Shown here: positions 38,736 to 49,061 of the stretch, one piece after another | Layout: each line of letters opens with the position of its first letter | How positions within the stretch are numbered: the first letter of the stretch is position 1 | NCBI GenBank assembly: GCA_964343575.1 | Contig: CAYFJV010000001.1 | Coordinates: 224,705-288,704 of the forward strand | DNA length: 64,000 nt | Source: an uncultured Methanosarcinales archaeon | GTDB taxonomy: Archaea; Nanobdellota; Nanobdellia; Woesearchaeales; GW2011-AR9 | Direction: 5' to 3' | Notes under the pieces: model-generated | Database searches by the model: none | What the model was told of the DNA's origin: nothing | Seen by the model: only the letters and a program-made list of their open reading frames with translations | Program-made: the position numbers and the translations under genes

Positions 38736-40325
38736 GTGCGTTGGTCTAAGCTAAGTAATGTACTTCCCTTGTTTTTCTTAGAACAAGGAGAACATGTTCT
38801 ACTCAGTAGTTATGTACTTACCAAAAACTTTCTTACCACAGTACCTGCTGAAATTCTTGAAGAAATTTCTGAAAGAAAAGTTTTGCATAGTTTTCGTTTT
38901 GCTGCGAAACATGTTCCTGCTTATGGAAAGTTTCTTACTAAACACAAGGTGAAGGCTGGCGAAGTGCATTCCATTGAGGATTTTCATCGTTTAGTTCCTT
39001 TTACTGATAAAGAAAACTACATTAAGAAATATTCTTTTGAGCAACGTTCTAAGTTTGGTCGTTTGCCTAAAACAGGTAACGTTGATGAAAGTGGAGGAAG
39101 CTCTGGTGTTGCTACTAATTGGATCCATGATTTTCACGAGGAGAGTTTGTTGTTCAAAGCAGTAAAGTTTGAAGTGAATTATGCATTTAAGCGTAATTCT
39201 AAGGATGAGTTGTTTGTTCTTAGTGGTTGGTCTTGTGGTCCTTGGGCAACCGGTGTAAAATTTTGTGAATTGATGGAGCGTTTGACCTTAGTTAAAAATA
39301 CAGGAACTGATCCAAAAGATATTGTGCGTACCCTAAAGATGTTTGGTACAAAACACCACTACTTGATTGGGGCTTACCCTCCTTTTGTGAAACAACTTAT
39401 TGATGAGTATAGTAAAGAGATTAATTGGAAAAAATATGATATTGATTTAGTGATTGGGGGAGAAGGAGTCACACTTGAATGGGTTAAGTACATGAAAAGT
39501 AAGTTGCGTAAAGGAGCGCGCATTGTTTCTTCTTATGGGGCATCTGATATTGATATCGGGGTTGGTTTTGAAACCCCTTTTGCTTTTTTTATTCGAGAAT
39601 TAATTGCTAAGAATGCAAAATTTCGAAAAGAATTGCTTGGTCGTGATGATGTTCCTATGATTTTTCAGTACAATCCTTTGATGCATTATCTTCACTCTGT
39701 AGAGCACGATGGTAAAAAAGAGTTTGAAGTAACTTTGCTTGATCGCAAAGCTGCACTTTCTAAAATTAAATATAACATCCACGATGAAGGAGAAGTTGTG
39801 AAGTACAATGAGATGCTTGCTTTGTTGAGTAAGTATTATCCTGATTTCTGGAAGAAATTTGCCTCTTCTGGTGGAGATTGGAGAGATGTTTTACACCTGC
39901 CTTTCTTATGCATCTTTGGTCGCAGTGATGGAACTTTAAGTTTTGATGGAGCAAATGTTTTTCCTCACCAAATTGAGAGTGGAATTATGGGTAAGCGAGG
40001 GCTTGGTGGTAAAACAAAGCGTTTTAAGATTGAGAAAAAGCACGATCATAAACATGATGTGCAATTTCATATCCATGTTGAGTTGCAGAGAGGACATAAG
40101 TCTTCTCGCAAGTTGGCTGGAGAGTTTGAAAAGGTTATTTTGGATGAGCTTATTTCTATTAATCCTGATTTCAAGGAATCTTACAGTAACAATAAGACTT
40201 TGAGGCCAAAGGTGAACTTGTATGTGCATGGCCACTCCTTCTTTAGTGAAGATGATAAGAAGGTGAAAAATAGTTACATTTTGAAGCAGAAAAAGGAAAA
40301 AATCAAACAAAAAGGTGGGCGATGA
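38736..40325 (+). CDS. Phenylacetate-CoA ligase (PaaK/CapK)-like adenylate-forming enzyme
   Basis: HVPAY, SGGSSG, GGEG, YGASD, KYNIHD and GRSD...GANVFP motifs; GTG start after GAGGTGA. Confidence 0.85.
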   Translation: MRWSKLSNVLPLFFLEQGEHVLLSSYVLTKNFLTTVPAEILEEISERKVLHSFRFAAKHVPAYGKFLTKHKVKAGEVHSIEDFHRLVPFTDKENYIKKYSFEQRSKFGRLPKTGNVDESGGSSGVATNWIHDFHEESLLFKAVKFEVNYAFKRNSKDELFVLSGWSCGPWATGVKFCELMERLTLVKNTGTDPKDIVRTLKMFGTKHHYLIGAYPPFVKQLIDEYSKEINWKKYDIDLVIGGEGVTLEWVKYMKSKLRKGARIVSSYGASDIDIGVGFETPFAFFIRELIAKNAKFRKELLGRDDVPMIFQYNPLMHYLHSVEHDGKKEFEVTLLDRKAALSKIKYNIHDEGEVVKYNEMLALLSKYYPDFWKKFASSGGDWRDVLHLPFLCIFGRSDGTLSFDGANVFPHQIESGIMGKRGLGGKTKRFKIEKKHDHKHDVQFHIHVELQRGHKSSRKLAGEFEKVILDELISINPDFKESYSNNKTLRPKVNLYVHGHSFFSEDDKKVKNSYILKQKKEKIKQKGGR

Positions 40326-40386
40326 TCCCAATTTGTTTAATTTTGGGCCAGAATATTTATAAATTGTCGCCATTATGGGGTAGTTA

Positions 40387-42570
40387 ATGAGTACTACAGT
40401 TAGTGAATTTGTGGGCGTTGATCCTAGAGGAGGCCTTGTTGCTTTAGTGCAAGCCGAAGATACTCAAAGATATTCTGATGTTATAGAAGAGATTGAAAGA
40501 AGAAATCGCCTGCTTTCTGTAGCTAGAGATATGGGTGTTGTCCCAGTTTTTGCAGAAGATCCCGAAGAAAGGGATGTTACTTCTCGATATTTACGAACAG
40601 CACTTTCTGTTTTCAGAGAGCTTGGAGCAAGAGAACAACCAAACGTACAAAGCGTTGATGATGTGATTAGAGCATATTGTACCATGTTTGGCGTTGAGAG
40701 AGGAAGTTTTACTGATATTGTTACAAGCAATAATGGTAATGATGATACTGCTGTTGATGCATGGGTGCACTACACTTTCTTAGAGTTTGTTCATGAATTA
40801 GTAGGGGGAAGTAAACGAGCTTTCTTTGAAAGAGTTGCTCGGGAAAGCTACACGGAAAAAAACACTTGGGGAGCAATCTCTATTGCAAGAGCTTTACCTT
40901 TACACTGGACTCTATCAAACTTAGAAGCCATCAGTAATGATGCAACCTCACTTACTCCAATAGAAGTAGATTTTTATCGAGAAGGAGCAAAGAGAGGCAT
41001 TAGAGTTAAGAGGCAAACAACTAGGAAGCATATCAAAGAACTTGTTGATGCAGTCGGACCAAAACTTGCTGGGGAAATTCTTGAAACAAGTAGGTTGTTT
41101 ACTGAAGCGGCTTACGGTGTCGCTCTTGAAGTCTTTGGTTATGAAAGAGGCGATAATGCAAGTATAAGTTATGTGGAAGATGGAGATGCGTTCTCTTATG
41201 AAGGAGTTTCTGATTCGGGTACTTTTGAGATCTCTTACCAGAGAGGATTGTTCAAAGGTCTCTGGGAGTTTATCAATGGTTTTAATCCGCTTGCACTGAG
41301 AAGAGCACTTGAGGAGCAGGCAAGGGAGAGATATGATTTACATGGAACCATTGAGAAAGGAAGGGAAGATTTGAGGGTTGCTCTTGATGCAGAAACCGTG
41401 GCTAGGAGGAGAGCTGAAGCTGGAAGACAAATGCTTAAAGATGCAACAGCAGAAGCTTTAGAGCGAGAGTTAGGAAGGCAAGAAAGACAAAGACAACTTA
41501 CTTATGATAATGCAAGTCATCACGTTTCTGGAGCGTTTAGTTCTACAGTTAGAGAATTTATGGACCTTTCTTACTCAACAATAGGAGAAAGACTCACAAG
41601 GCTTCACCAAAGAAGCCTTGCGGAAGGTAAAGAAGCTAATCTTCTTAGAGAATATTTTCTAGGTATTGAAGATGAACTCGATATTGATATTCGATGCGAG
41701 ATAGAAACAGGAGATCTTGCTGAGGCTTTGAGCGATAGGTTTAGTTTAGAAGGTGGGAGAGGAGATTCTGCTGAAGACTCTTCAGATGATGGTGGTTCAA
41801 TCTTATCCTTTTGGACAGCACAAGCACAAAGGTCATACACTTATGAGGAAGGGGTTGAACGAAACTCGAGACTTGTTGACGATCTTCGGGAGAGATATGC
41901 GGGACAAGAACAACTCCTTGATGAACTCTCAGGAATGTTTAGAGAACTTTCTCTTATTTCTAAAGTAGAAAGAAAAAGAACAAGCGCAGTTGAGGAGTTA
42001 CAAACTTCAACAAGGGAGAGCCTAGTAGGGAGGGAAGAATATAGTGTTGCAGAGTTGGTTAGAGAAGGGGCCCAAGAAGGTTTTGCTTTAAGAGGGGCAG
42101 ATGAGAGTTGTCTTCACCTTAGTTCTGAAGAAGGGATTAGAATCCGGGCAACTGCCCCGAGTTATCTCAGAGATGTTGTAAGGGACTTAGTAACAAACGG
42201 CCTAGATCATGGAGATGCAAGAAGGGTCGGGATACATGTTGCAGCGTATACTCCTGCCCTTGATGAGATTTTAGGACAAACTGTTTCTGGAGAACTTGAT
42301 CTTCAGAGACCTGCTTTCTATATTAAAGTGAGTGATGATGGGAAAGGTTTTTCCGAAAGGAAGGCTGCAGAAATGACAAGCTACATAAATTCTGCGATGA
42401 TTGATGAAGAGCCAACTTTTACTACTCGAGATGCTGGAGAAAAAGGAGGCATGGGAACTAGAAGTCTTCGAATGTTTACGCAACTTCAGGGGAGTGCAAC
42501 TGCAGTTTGTTCAGAAGAAGGAACTGGAACAGAAGTGTATCTCTTCTTTTACAAAACTGAGATGGTTTAA
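40387..42570 (+). CDS. Divergent sensor histidine kinase-like protein (HATPase_c)
   Basis: N box DLVTNGLDH, G1 VSDDGKGF, FTT, G2 GGMGT and GTGT; possible H box ASHHV after a coiled coil. Confidence 0.75.
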   Translation: MSTTVSEFVGVDPRGGLVALVQAEDTQRYSDVIEEIERRNRLLSVARDMGVVPVFAEDPEERDVTSRYLRTALSVFRELGAREQPNVQSVDDVIRAYCTMFGVERGSFTDIVTSNNGNDDTAVDAWVHYTFLEFVHELVGGSKRAFFERVARESYTEKNTWGAISIARALPLHWTLSNLEAISNDATSLTPIEVDFYREGAKRGIRVKRQTTRKHIKELVDAVGPKLAGEILETSRLFTEAAYGVALEVFGYERGDNASISYVEDGDAFSYEGVSDSGTFEISYQRGLFKGLWEFINGFNPLALRRALEEQARERYDLHGTIEKGREDLRVALDAETVARRRAEAGRQMLKDATAEALERELGRQERQRQLTYDNASHHVSGAFSSTVREFMDLSYSTIGERLTRLHQRSLAEGKEANLLREYFLGIEDELDIDIRCEIETGDLAEALSDRFSLEGGRGDSAEDSSDDGGSILSFWTAQAQRSYTYEEGVERNSRLVDDLRERYAGQEQLLDELSGMFRELSLISKVERKRTSAVEELQTSTRESLVGREEYSVAELVREGAQEGFALRGADESCLHLSSEEGIRIRATAPSYLRDVVRDLVTNGLDHGDARRVGIHVAAYTPALDEILGQTVSGELDLQRPAFYIKVSDDGKGFSERKAAEMTSYINSAMIDEEPTFTTRDAGEKGGMGTRSLRMFTQLQGSATAVCSEEGTGTEVYLFFYKTEMV

Positions 42571-42624
42571 AGAAATTAGAAAAAGAAAAAATAAGAGACA
42601 AAAAATTATCGAAGTTCAGCAGAT

Positions 42625-43413
42625 CTATCTCCTTCTCCTCTCTTCTTTCTCCCTTCTAGCGACATCCTGCCCGTAAGCTTCTGCTTCAAAGCTAGCTCTT
42701 AGAAGAGAATCATACTCTTGCTTAACTGCAATTAATTTTTCTCTCCCAGTTAAGTACTGGCTTGTACCGTTTCCAGTACTTCCATCTCGTACCCTTAATC
42801 TTAGATCAAGAGAAAGTCGAGCACCAAGTGCAGCTGGCATATCATGCCTAGCTCCCGAACCCTTCTGCCTTATTACACCAAGAAGTGGTTCTCTTCTCAA
42901 GCGAATTCTGGATCCGGTGTCATAAGGTCTAAAGGTTCTTGTAAAACGATCAAGGACAGCGACACTTCTTGGATGGTGGGAGGTGTAAAAATGAACTGCA
43001 CCGCCAACTAATTCCCTAAGGTCACGTTCCCTTGCAATTTTCGAGCAAAGGTAAAGAGAATCCCTACTGTCTCCATCATGTTTGGATTCTCGAACAAGTC
43101 TTCCAGTCCCTGCACTCGCTTCATAAGTATCTAGTCCCTCCCCAAGAGTCACCCTCTCTCTATGTTCAGCATATCTTAAATCAATATCAAGATGGAGAAG
43201 AACCTTTCGATCAGTTCTCCCTGATCCAACCTGAGCTTCGAGAAATTCCATTACTTCTCCTTGGCTCCTAAAGAACACCGGATCATCAAGGTGCACTCCA
43301 AAATGCACATCTGCCAATCCTTTAGCTCCCCCCCTTTTCTTTGTATAAAAATTCCTTAAATCTCTTATTACATCGTCTTCGTTTTCAAGAACAACTGGCA
43401 AAAATCTCTTCAT
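42625..43413 (-). CDS. Divergent CheY-like receiver-domain protein
   Basis: VVLENED, LHLDIDL, FYTS and RQKG in receiver-domain order, with insertions. Confidence 0.5.
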   Translation of the reverse strand: MKRFLPVVLENEDDVIRDLRNFYTKKRGGAKGLADVHFGVHLDDPVFFRSQGEVMEFLEAQVGSGRTDRKVLLHLDIDLRYAEHRERVTLGEGLDTYEASAGTGRLVRESKHDGDSRDSLYLCSKIARERDLRELVGGAVHFYTSHHPRSVAVLDRFTRTFRPYDTGSRIRLRREPLLGVIRQKGSGARHDMPAALGARLSLDLRLRVRDGSTGNGTSQYLTGREKLIAVKQEYDSLLRASFEAEAYGQDVARREKEERRRR

Positions 43414-43537
43414 ATTAATTCACCTTTACTCATTTAATTATTATCAATAAACACAACTCAGAACTACCTAATAAATCTTCTCTTGGATTCACTACTTTTT
43501 TGTAGTATTTTTAAATCTTTTCTTACTTTTGGTTACA

Positions 43538-43654
43538 AAAAAATTTCCAGCAGATTCAAAAAAGCTAGATTTACTGGAAATTTTTTGTTCCAAAAATGAC
43601 AGGACACGGAAGATTCTGAGGAGATATACAAGTGAGATCCAAGTGTCATTTTTG
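43538..43654. repeat. Two adjacent inverted repeats
   Basis: 13-bp arms 43538-43550/43574-43586 and 11-bp arms 43591-43601/43644-43654. Confidence 0.7.
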
Positions 43655-43695
43655 TTAGTTTTCACTCACAGATAGTTAAAAATAAGAGCGTTTTC

Positions 43696-44586
43696 TTAAC
43701 CCAATCCTAAATTAAGTAAAGATCCAGATAATTCTGCTTCACTCATTTTTCCTGTTAAAGAGAGTAAATCTTCTGCTGCCCTATCAACAAGAAAATCTCC
43801 TTGAAAGTCATAAAAAGTCATTTGATCTTCTTTCAAAGTATAAGTCAAACGATCAGTAACTGTTAGGGTACCGTAGCCCTCTGGAACAGATAAACTTTCT
43901 ACAGTAATATCTTTAAGATTAAGTGATTCATAGTCAAGATGATCAACAAGTAAACTGATTTCTCCACTTGCTAGTGCAACACCATTTACTTTCACTCGTG
44001 AAGCTGTTCCTTCTAAGCTCACCACAAACTGATCAAGAATAAGTACCCCAACAAAATTCTCTACAGTAAGATCAACATCAGCAATATCAACTTCAAGGAT
44101 ATTCTCGTCGACAACCACTGAAGATCCAAGATCTTGTGAATGCAAAGTAATCTCTTCAAGATTAATTTCTTGGGCAATGTAAGGTACCTGATCAAAACTA
44201 AGACCAAAGTCAATAAGATCGCGAGCAGCTCTTGCGACACTATCACTAGAGCTTACCGTTTCTTTCCTCGCCTTCGAAGCATCAAGTGTTGGCGAAGTTA
44301 CCGCACCAGTAATGGTTTCTGTTCCAACTGAGCGTGAATCTCTTACCGTTGGAAACTTATCGCTTTGCTCATCATCAACAACTACTTCGCGAACAGAATT
44401 ACCAGTTAGTTCTCCACCATCAACTAGGATAAGTAAAGCAAAGATAAAAAGAAGTGATACTGCAATAACAATTGTTCTTTTTCGCGAAAGACTCATCTGA
44501 TTCTTTGAATGATCTGAAGATATTCCAAAAATGTCGCTAGTTCTTTTGTTTGGAGAACAATTCACCTCTTGACTAGCCACATCCAT
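43696..44586 (-). CDS. Membrane-anchored beta-rich surface protein
   Basis: GAGGTGA SD, N-terminal TM, LTGN/ITGA motifs. Confidence 0.75.
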   Translation of the reverse strand: MDVASQEVNCSPNKRTSDIFGISSDHSKNQMSLSRKRTIVIAVSLLFIFALLILVDGGELTGNSVREVVVDDEQSDKFPTVRDSRSVGTETITGAVTSPTLDASKARKETVSSSDSVARAARDLIDFGLSFDQVPYIAQEINLEEITLHSQDLGSSVVVDENILEVDIADVDLTVENFVGVLILDQFVVSLEGTASRVKVNGVALASGEISLLVDHLDYESLNLKDITVESLSVPEGYGTLTVTDRLTYTLKEDQMTFYDFQGDFLVDRAAEDLLSLTGKMSEAELSGSLLNLGLG

Positions 44587-44795
44587 ACAATCACCTCAAA
44601 ATAACGAATGATTCGTAGACAAAACGATTTATTAACTTATCTGTTGTAAAGTACAGACAATAGACAAAAACCGAATAATTTGCGAAATTTGTTTGCATAA
44701 TGAGATAAATTCCTTCTGAGAGATTACTTTTTGTTATTTTTTGAAGAAAAGACTGATAAAGGGAAAATTTCTTCTTACAAGAAGAGGTTGATGTT

Positions 44796-45806
44796 GTGAA
44801 AAAAAAAGCTGTAGCAAAAAAAGGAGTGAAGAAGACTTCTAAAAAGAGAAAAGTAAAACTTGGTCTTGCTCTTGGTGGGGGATCAGCTAAAGGTTTTGCG
44901 CACATTGGTGTTCTCAAAGTTCTTGACAAAGCAGGTATTGTTCCAGATTATGTTGCGGGAACTTCTATGGGCGCAGCCATGGGAGCTTCTTATTGCGCAG
45001 GCATGCCACCAAAAGAATTAGAAAGAATTGTTACTACGGTCAACTGGCCAGGGCTTGTTGATTTTACCTTACCTTGGTCTGGAGTTATCAAAGGCAACAA
45101 AATTGAAGGACAACTTAGAAGAATTGTTTATGGTAAAAGTTTTGAAGAGTTGGATATCCCTTTCTCTTGCGTCTCTTACAATATTACTAAACATCAGCGA
45201 GAAATCTTTTCTGCAGGAAACTTGGTGCGAGCACTGCGAGCAAGCGTTTCAATTCCGGGCGTGTTTACACCAGTAAAAATTCGTAAAGACCTCTATGTTG
45301 ATGGAGGGATTGTTGATCCTAACCCAGTTGATATTGTGCGTGCAATGGGAGCAGACATTGTTATCTCTGTAGATTTACATAATCAAATTGATACAAAGAA
45401 GGGCCCAAAGATCAAAAAAAATACTTTTCTTAAAGGACTTAAGGATCGTTTTATTGCTGAAGAGCTTTTGATGTTTGAAAATTATATTGAGCCTAAACGT
45501 TGGCCAAATTTTATGAAAAAAATGTTTGAGAAAGGAGTAAACAAAATATTTTATCCTGCAAAAATTCTTCGGGTTGCAGGGAAACGAGAGGTTCCGCCGA
45601 TAATCACTGTTCTTCTCTCCAGTGAGAGTGTGCTTGCAGGACAGCTCTCTTACTTAAGTTCTCAAACCTCCAATGCAGAGGTAAAAATCGTTCCAGTCTT
45701 TGAGAATGTAAACTGGCAAAGTTTCGATCATGTAGAACATATGATTGCTCTTGGTGAAAAAGCCGCTAAAAAAGAATTGAGAAAAATAAGAAGGTTGTTA
45801 GCTTAA
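44796..45806 (+). CDS. Patatin-like phospholipase (RssA/NTE family)
   Basis: GGGSAKG, GTSMG and DGG motifs. Confidence 0.93.
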   Translation: MKKKAVAKKGVKKTSKKRKVKLGLALGGGSAKGFAHIGVLKVLDKAGIVPDYVAGTSMGAAMGASYCAGMPPKELERIVTTVNWPGLVDFTLPWSGVIKGNKIEGQLRRIVYGKSFEELDIPFSCVSYNITKHQREIFSAGNLVRALRASVSIPGVFTPVKIRKDLYVDGGIVDPNPVDIVRAMGADIVISVDLHNQIDTKKGPKIKKNTFLKGLKDRFIAEELLMFENYIEPKRWPNFMKKMFEKGVNKIFYPAKILRVAGKREVPPIITVLLSSESVLAGQLSYLSSQTSNAEVKIVPVFENVNWQSFDHVEHMIALGEKAAKKELRKIRRLLA

Positions 45807-45810
45807 AGGA

Positions 45811-46185
45811 CTATTGCCAGTCAAAAGAGCCCACAGGAGAATCTGTTGTTTCTGCAATTACTCTTCCTGCTAGGCCATCGTCTGCTTCTCCAAAACGTTC
45901 ATTATACTTTGCTTCAGAGAGATAAACTGGTGTTGGTTCTCCTTCAATGTTGATAACTGTACCATACATACCTTGTTTATTGCCCGTCCTATAACGAATA
46001 ATTCCATCTCGATGTCCATCTCCGTTGACATCAGAAACGATAAATACGACCTCTGGAACATACTCACTTTCAAAGAAGGCAAAGGTTGTAAGGACGCCAC
46101 TAACTCCAGCAACCGCACCACCAAGCATTGTTCCGAGTGAAGCTCCTGCCAAGAAATATCTTATTTTTTCTCCGTTTAATCTCAT
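45811..46185 (-). CDS. Small membrane-anchored protein with DxNxDG loop
   Basis: N-terminal TM; DVNGDGHRD; GGAGG SD. Confidence 0.65.
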   Translation of the reverse strand: MRLNGEKIRYFLAGASLGTMLGGAVAGVSGVLTTFAFFESEYVPEVVFIVSDVNGDGHRDGIIRYRTGNKQGMYGTVINIEGEPTPVYLSEAKYNERFGEADDGLAGRVIAETTDSPVGSFDWQ

Positions 46186-46251
46186 CCTCCTTGCAGAATG
46201 TGATTTTTATTTAACTTCTTCGCTACAAAAGAAGGAAGAATCGTGAAAAAG

Positions 46252-46704
46252 TTAAGAAAGTACTTTAATTCTTAACATTTCTTTGTACTTGACATGCAAC
46301 TTCTTTTTGTTCTTAGTTCCAACCAAGGTAATATCCTTAGCCATGGCTTTCACAGTGTATTCTTCTCCACCATACATTACTTGATCCCCTTTGTTAAAAG
46401 GAGTTTTCCTAAACAAGACAGTGGTTCGATAGATGTTCTTACCATCTTTTTTTGAGAAAAGGCTTGAAGTGATAGTGAGCTCTCCGCCAAAGCGTTGCTG
46501 CAAACGTAATCCTAAACCTCTTGTAAATTGGTTATCAGCAACATAATAGTCAAGACCATTTTTTACTTCTTTTACTTGCGCTACAGGAATCTTTGCCCTT
46601 AGAAGTTCCTTCTCTACGTAGTCCACAATTTGCTGATTTGGAAGCCGAAGCTGCAAGGTTGCTTCAAAGTAGCTTGGATGCTTCCCAGTTATGTCTCGTA
46701 CCAT
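46252..46704 (-). CDS. Short Nmd3-related protein
   Basis: YFEATLQLR, GLDYY and G..IYRTTVLFR resemble the Nmd3 core; no zinc-ribbon cysteines. Confidence 0.7.
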   Translation of the reverse strand: MVRDITGKHPSYFEATLQLRLPNQQIVDYVEKELLRAKIPVAQVKEVKNGLDYYVADNQFTRGLGLRLQQRFGGELTITSSLFSKKDGKNIYRTTVLFRKTPFNKGDQVMYGGEEYTVKAMAKDITLVGTKNKKKLHVKYKEMLRIKVLS

Positions 46705-46735
46705 TGTTCTGAGAAGAAAAAAATGATTGTGTTAC

Positions 46736-47758
46736 TTAAATGTTCGGGCGCATCTTTGTTGAAGAATAGTCTTTTGTTGTGGCAACACCACCATTGTTTA
46801 CGATATCAAAGAATTTTGGAAAGTCAATGTACTGCTTGCCTTTAAGATCTTTTCTAATAAGACAAAGCACACGACTTGGTAAGTGTTCGCTGACAATTTC
46901 ATAGTCATCAAGTTGTTTAATAAGCTCTTTTGTGAAGGCATCTACCTCTTCATGAAGGGGCATGTCTTTTCTCTCATGGTACTCTCGTGAAGCTCCCACA
47001 TGCATGTATCCTTTAACCTCAATAAAATCTGGTTTTCCAATAGAGACTAACTTTTTGTAACCTTCAACGTCAGTATCATTTAATCCTTTGATTACGGTAA
47101 GACGAATGCAAGATCTGAACCCTTTCTTATTCATGATTTCTAAACTCTTAATGAGTCTCTCGTAATAGTCAGAGAATAATGGTCGATCAATTTCTTTGAG
47201 TAATACCTTGTTTGGTGCATCAACAGAGATGTAAAACTGTGTAATGTTCTCAATCTTTTCTATTTGCTCTGGATACTGCGCGTTTGTTACAAGAAAAGTA
47301 GAGATCTTTCGTTTGTGGAACTCTTTGAGGATTTTGTTAATATCTGGGTAAGTAATAGGCTCTCCTGTAAGTGAAAGCGCAACGTGACGTACTTGTTTTA
47401 CTTGTTCAAAAAGCTTCAAGTTTGTTTTTTTGCTTCCTTGAAAACCAATGAGAAGATCGATGTGTTTTTTGATGGACTCTTCAATGATCTTTTCTGGATC
47501 ATCAATTGGTCCGTACCAAGTTTTGGAAACTGGCGCCTTTGCTCCTCGCCAACAAAAAGTACAACGGTTAGCACAGAACATACTTGTGGTCATTTGCAGA
47601 CATTGATGCGATCTGATACCATAGAATTTGAATTTATAGCAACCGCCTTCATTGCGAATCATACTTTTGGTCCAACCACATACTTTTACTGCGCTGTGGT
47701 TTCCCACCATACGGTACTGCTGCTTTTCAAGCACTTTCTTTTGATCATCACTGAGCAT
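46736..47758 (-). CDS. taw1: 4-demethylwyosine synthase (TYW1/Taw1 radical SAM)
   Basis: HSAVKVCGWT, CYK.KFYGI.SHQC, CANRCTFCWR, SLTGEP and EVKGYMHVG motifs. Confidence 0.96.
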   Translation of the reverse strand: MLSDDQKKVLEKQQYRMVGNHSAVKVCGWTKSMIRNEGGCYKFKFYGIRSHQCLQMTTSMFCANRCTFCWRGAKAPVSKTWYGPIDDPEKIIEESIKKHIDLLIGFQGSKKTNLKLFEQVKQVRHVALSLTGEPITYPDINKILKEFHKRKISTFLVTNAQYPEQIEKIENITQFYISVDAPNKVLLKEIDRPLFSDYYERLIKSLEIMNKKGFRSCIRLTVIKGLNDTDVEGYKKLVSIGKPDFIEVKGYMHVGASREYHERKDMPLHEEVDAFTKELIKQLDDYEIVSEHLPSRVLCLIRKDLKGKQYIDFPKFFDIVNNGGVATTKDYSSTKMRPNI

Positions 47759-47919
47759 TCCTCTCTTGCTTTTATGCTCATTAATAAAGCTTTTTAGGAA
47801 AGTAGAAAAGAAGTAATAAATTGGTTGTAAGTTGCTCTAAGAAGTCATACCTTCACAAGACGATAAAACTCTCTTTTTGCCTTTACACCCATGGAGCCAC
47901 CCCATCAAAAAAGAAGAAA

Positions 47920-48843
47920 CTAACAACGAGGACGTCGTATTTCTTGTACATCTGATATAGACAAAAGGTAAGCAATATCCATTACTTCTCTCATGGTTGG
48001 TCTTTCATGAGCATAAATCTTTGTCATTTTTGAAACAAGATCTCTGAGTCCCTCTTCCAATCCAGTTTCTGGCTCCCTCCATGGTCTTCTCCTATTTGCC
48101 CTTAAATCTCTACCAAGGTGGACATACTTCTCCACTGGATTTTTACCTCTCTTCAATGGGAATAAAAACCCTCCATGCTGTAAGAGATAGATTGTTGCAC
48201 CAAGCATGTAGACATCTACAGCAGCCCCTTTCCCCCCATCTGGATCAAGAATCCATTCCGGAGCTGTAAAACCTCCTGAGCCTCTAATACCGCCATCAAC
48301 AATCCCAATTGGGAGGGATGCGTCAAAATCAAAAAGTCTTACCAAACCACTTGGAGAATGAGCAATATTACCTGGTTTTATATCTCCATGAAATCTTCTT
48401 GTTTTCTCATGAACGGTGCATGATGCAAAAGAAACTCCATAAAGAATGTTTACAATGTCTGGAGTAGTAAGGTCTCCTGCTTTTGGGTGTACATGTGCAG
48501 GATCAAGCCTTTCCATAACTAGGGCCCCCTTTTTGTATGCTTCAAATCTAGGTATGTAGGGATTGTTCCCACAAGCCCTAAGAATGCTTGCCTCGACTAC
48601 TAACCTTTCTGAAGCTTCAGGCTTAGAGGGAAGAGGCATTTTCACTGCGAAAGACCTACCATCATCTCTTTTCGCTTCATACACAACAAATGATGCGCCA
48701 CGACCAAGTTCAACACCTGTTGGGGTATAGCTGAATCTGTTGGTAACAGGTTTAAGACGACCACGTGGAAGAGAGGAACTCCTTGGAACATGAGGAGTTC
48801 TAACACTAATTGCCTCTTCAAGTTGCTTTGCAGTAGCTATCAT
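47920..48843 (-). CDS. Hanks-type Ser/Thr protein kinase
   Basis: LGRGA..VVY, AVK, HGDIKPGNI, DFD, APE, DVY.LG and RP motifs. Confidence 0.9.
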   Translation of the reverse strand: MIATAKQLEEAISVRTPHVPRSSSLPRGRLKPVTNRFSYTPTGVELGRGASFVVYEAKRDDGRSFAVKMPLPSKPEASERLVVEASILRACGNNPYIPRFEAYKKGALVMERLDPAHVHPKAGDLTTPDIVNILYGVSFASCTVHEKTRRFHGDIKPGNIAHSPSGLVRLFDFDASLPIGIVDGGIRGSGGFTAPEWILDPDGGKGAAVDVYMLGATIYLLQHGGFLFPLKRGKNPVEKYVHLGRDLRANRRRPWREPETGLEEGLRDLVSKMTKIYAHERPTMREVMDIAYLLSISDVQEIRRPRC

Positions 48844-49061
48844 TAAAAAGAAATTTTAAAGGCAAATTTATAAAAGTTCTTCTATTTTTAAATTAAAAGT
48901 GACAAAAAGTAGAAAAAGGGGAGACCACCTCATGATTTGAGTCTAATATGTAGAACGATCACTTTCCCCAATTTTGTCTCTTTCCTGATTCTACAAGAAA
49001 TTCTTCTCCCCTAAAGAATGACCAGGATACATTTATAAAGGAAAGATGGAGAAAAGAAACC

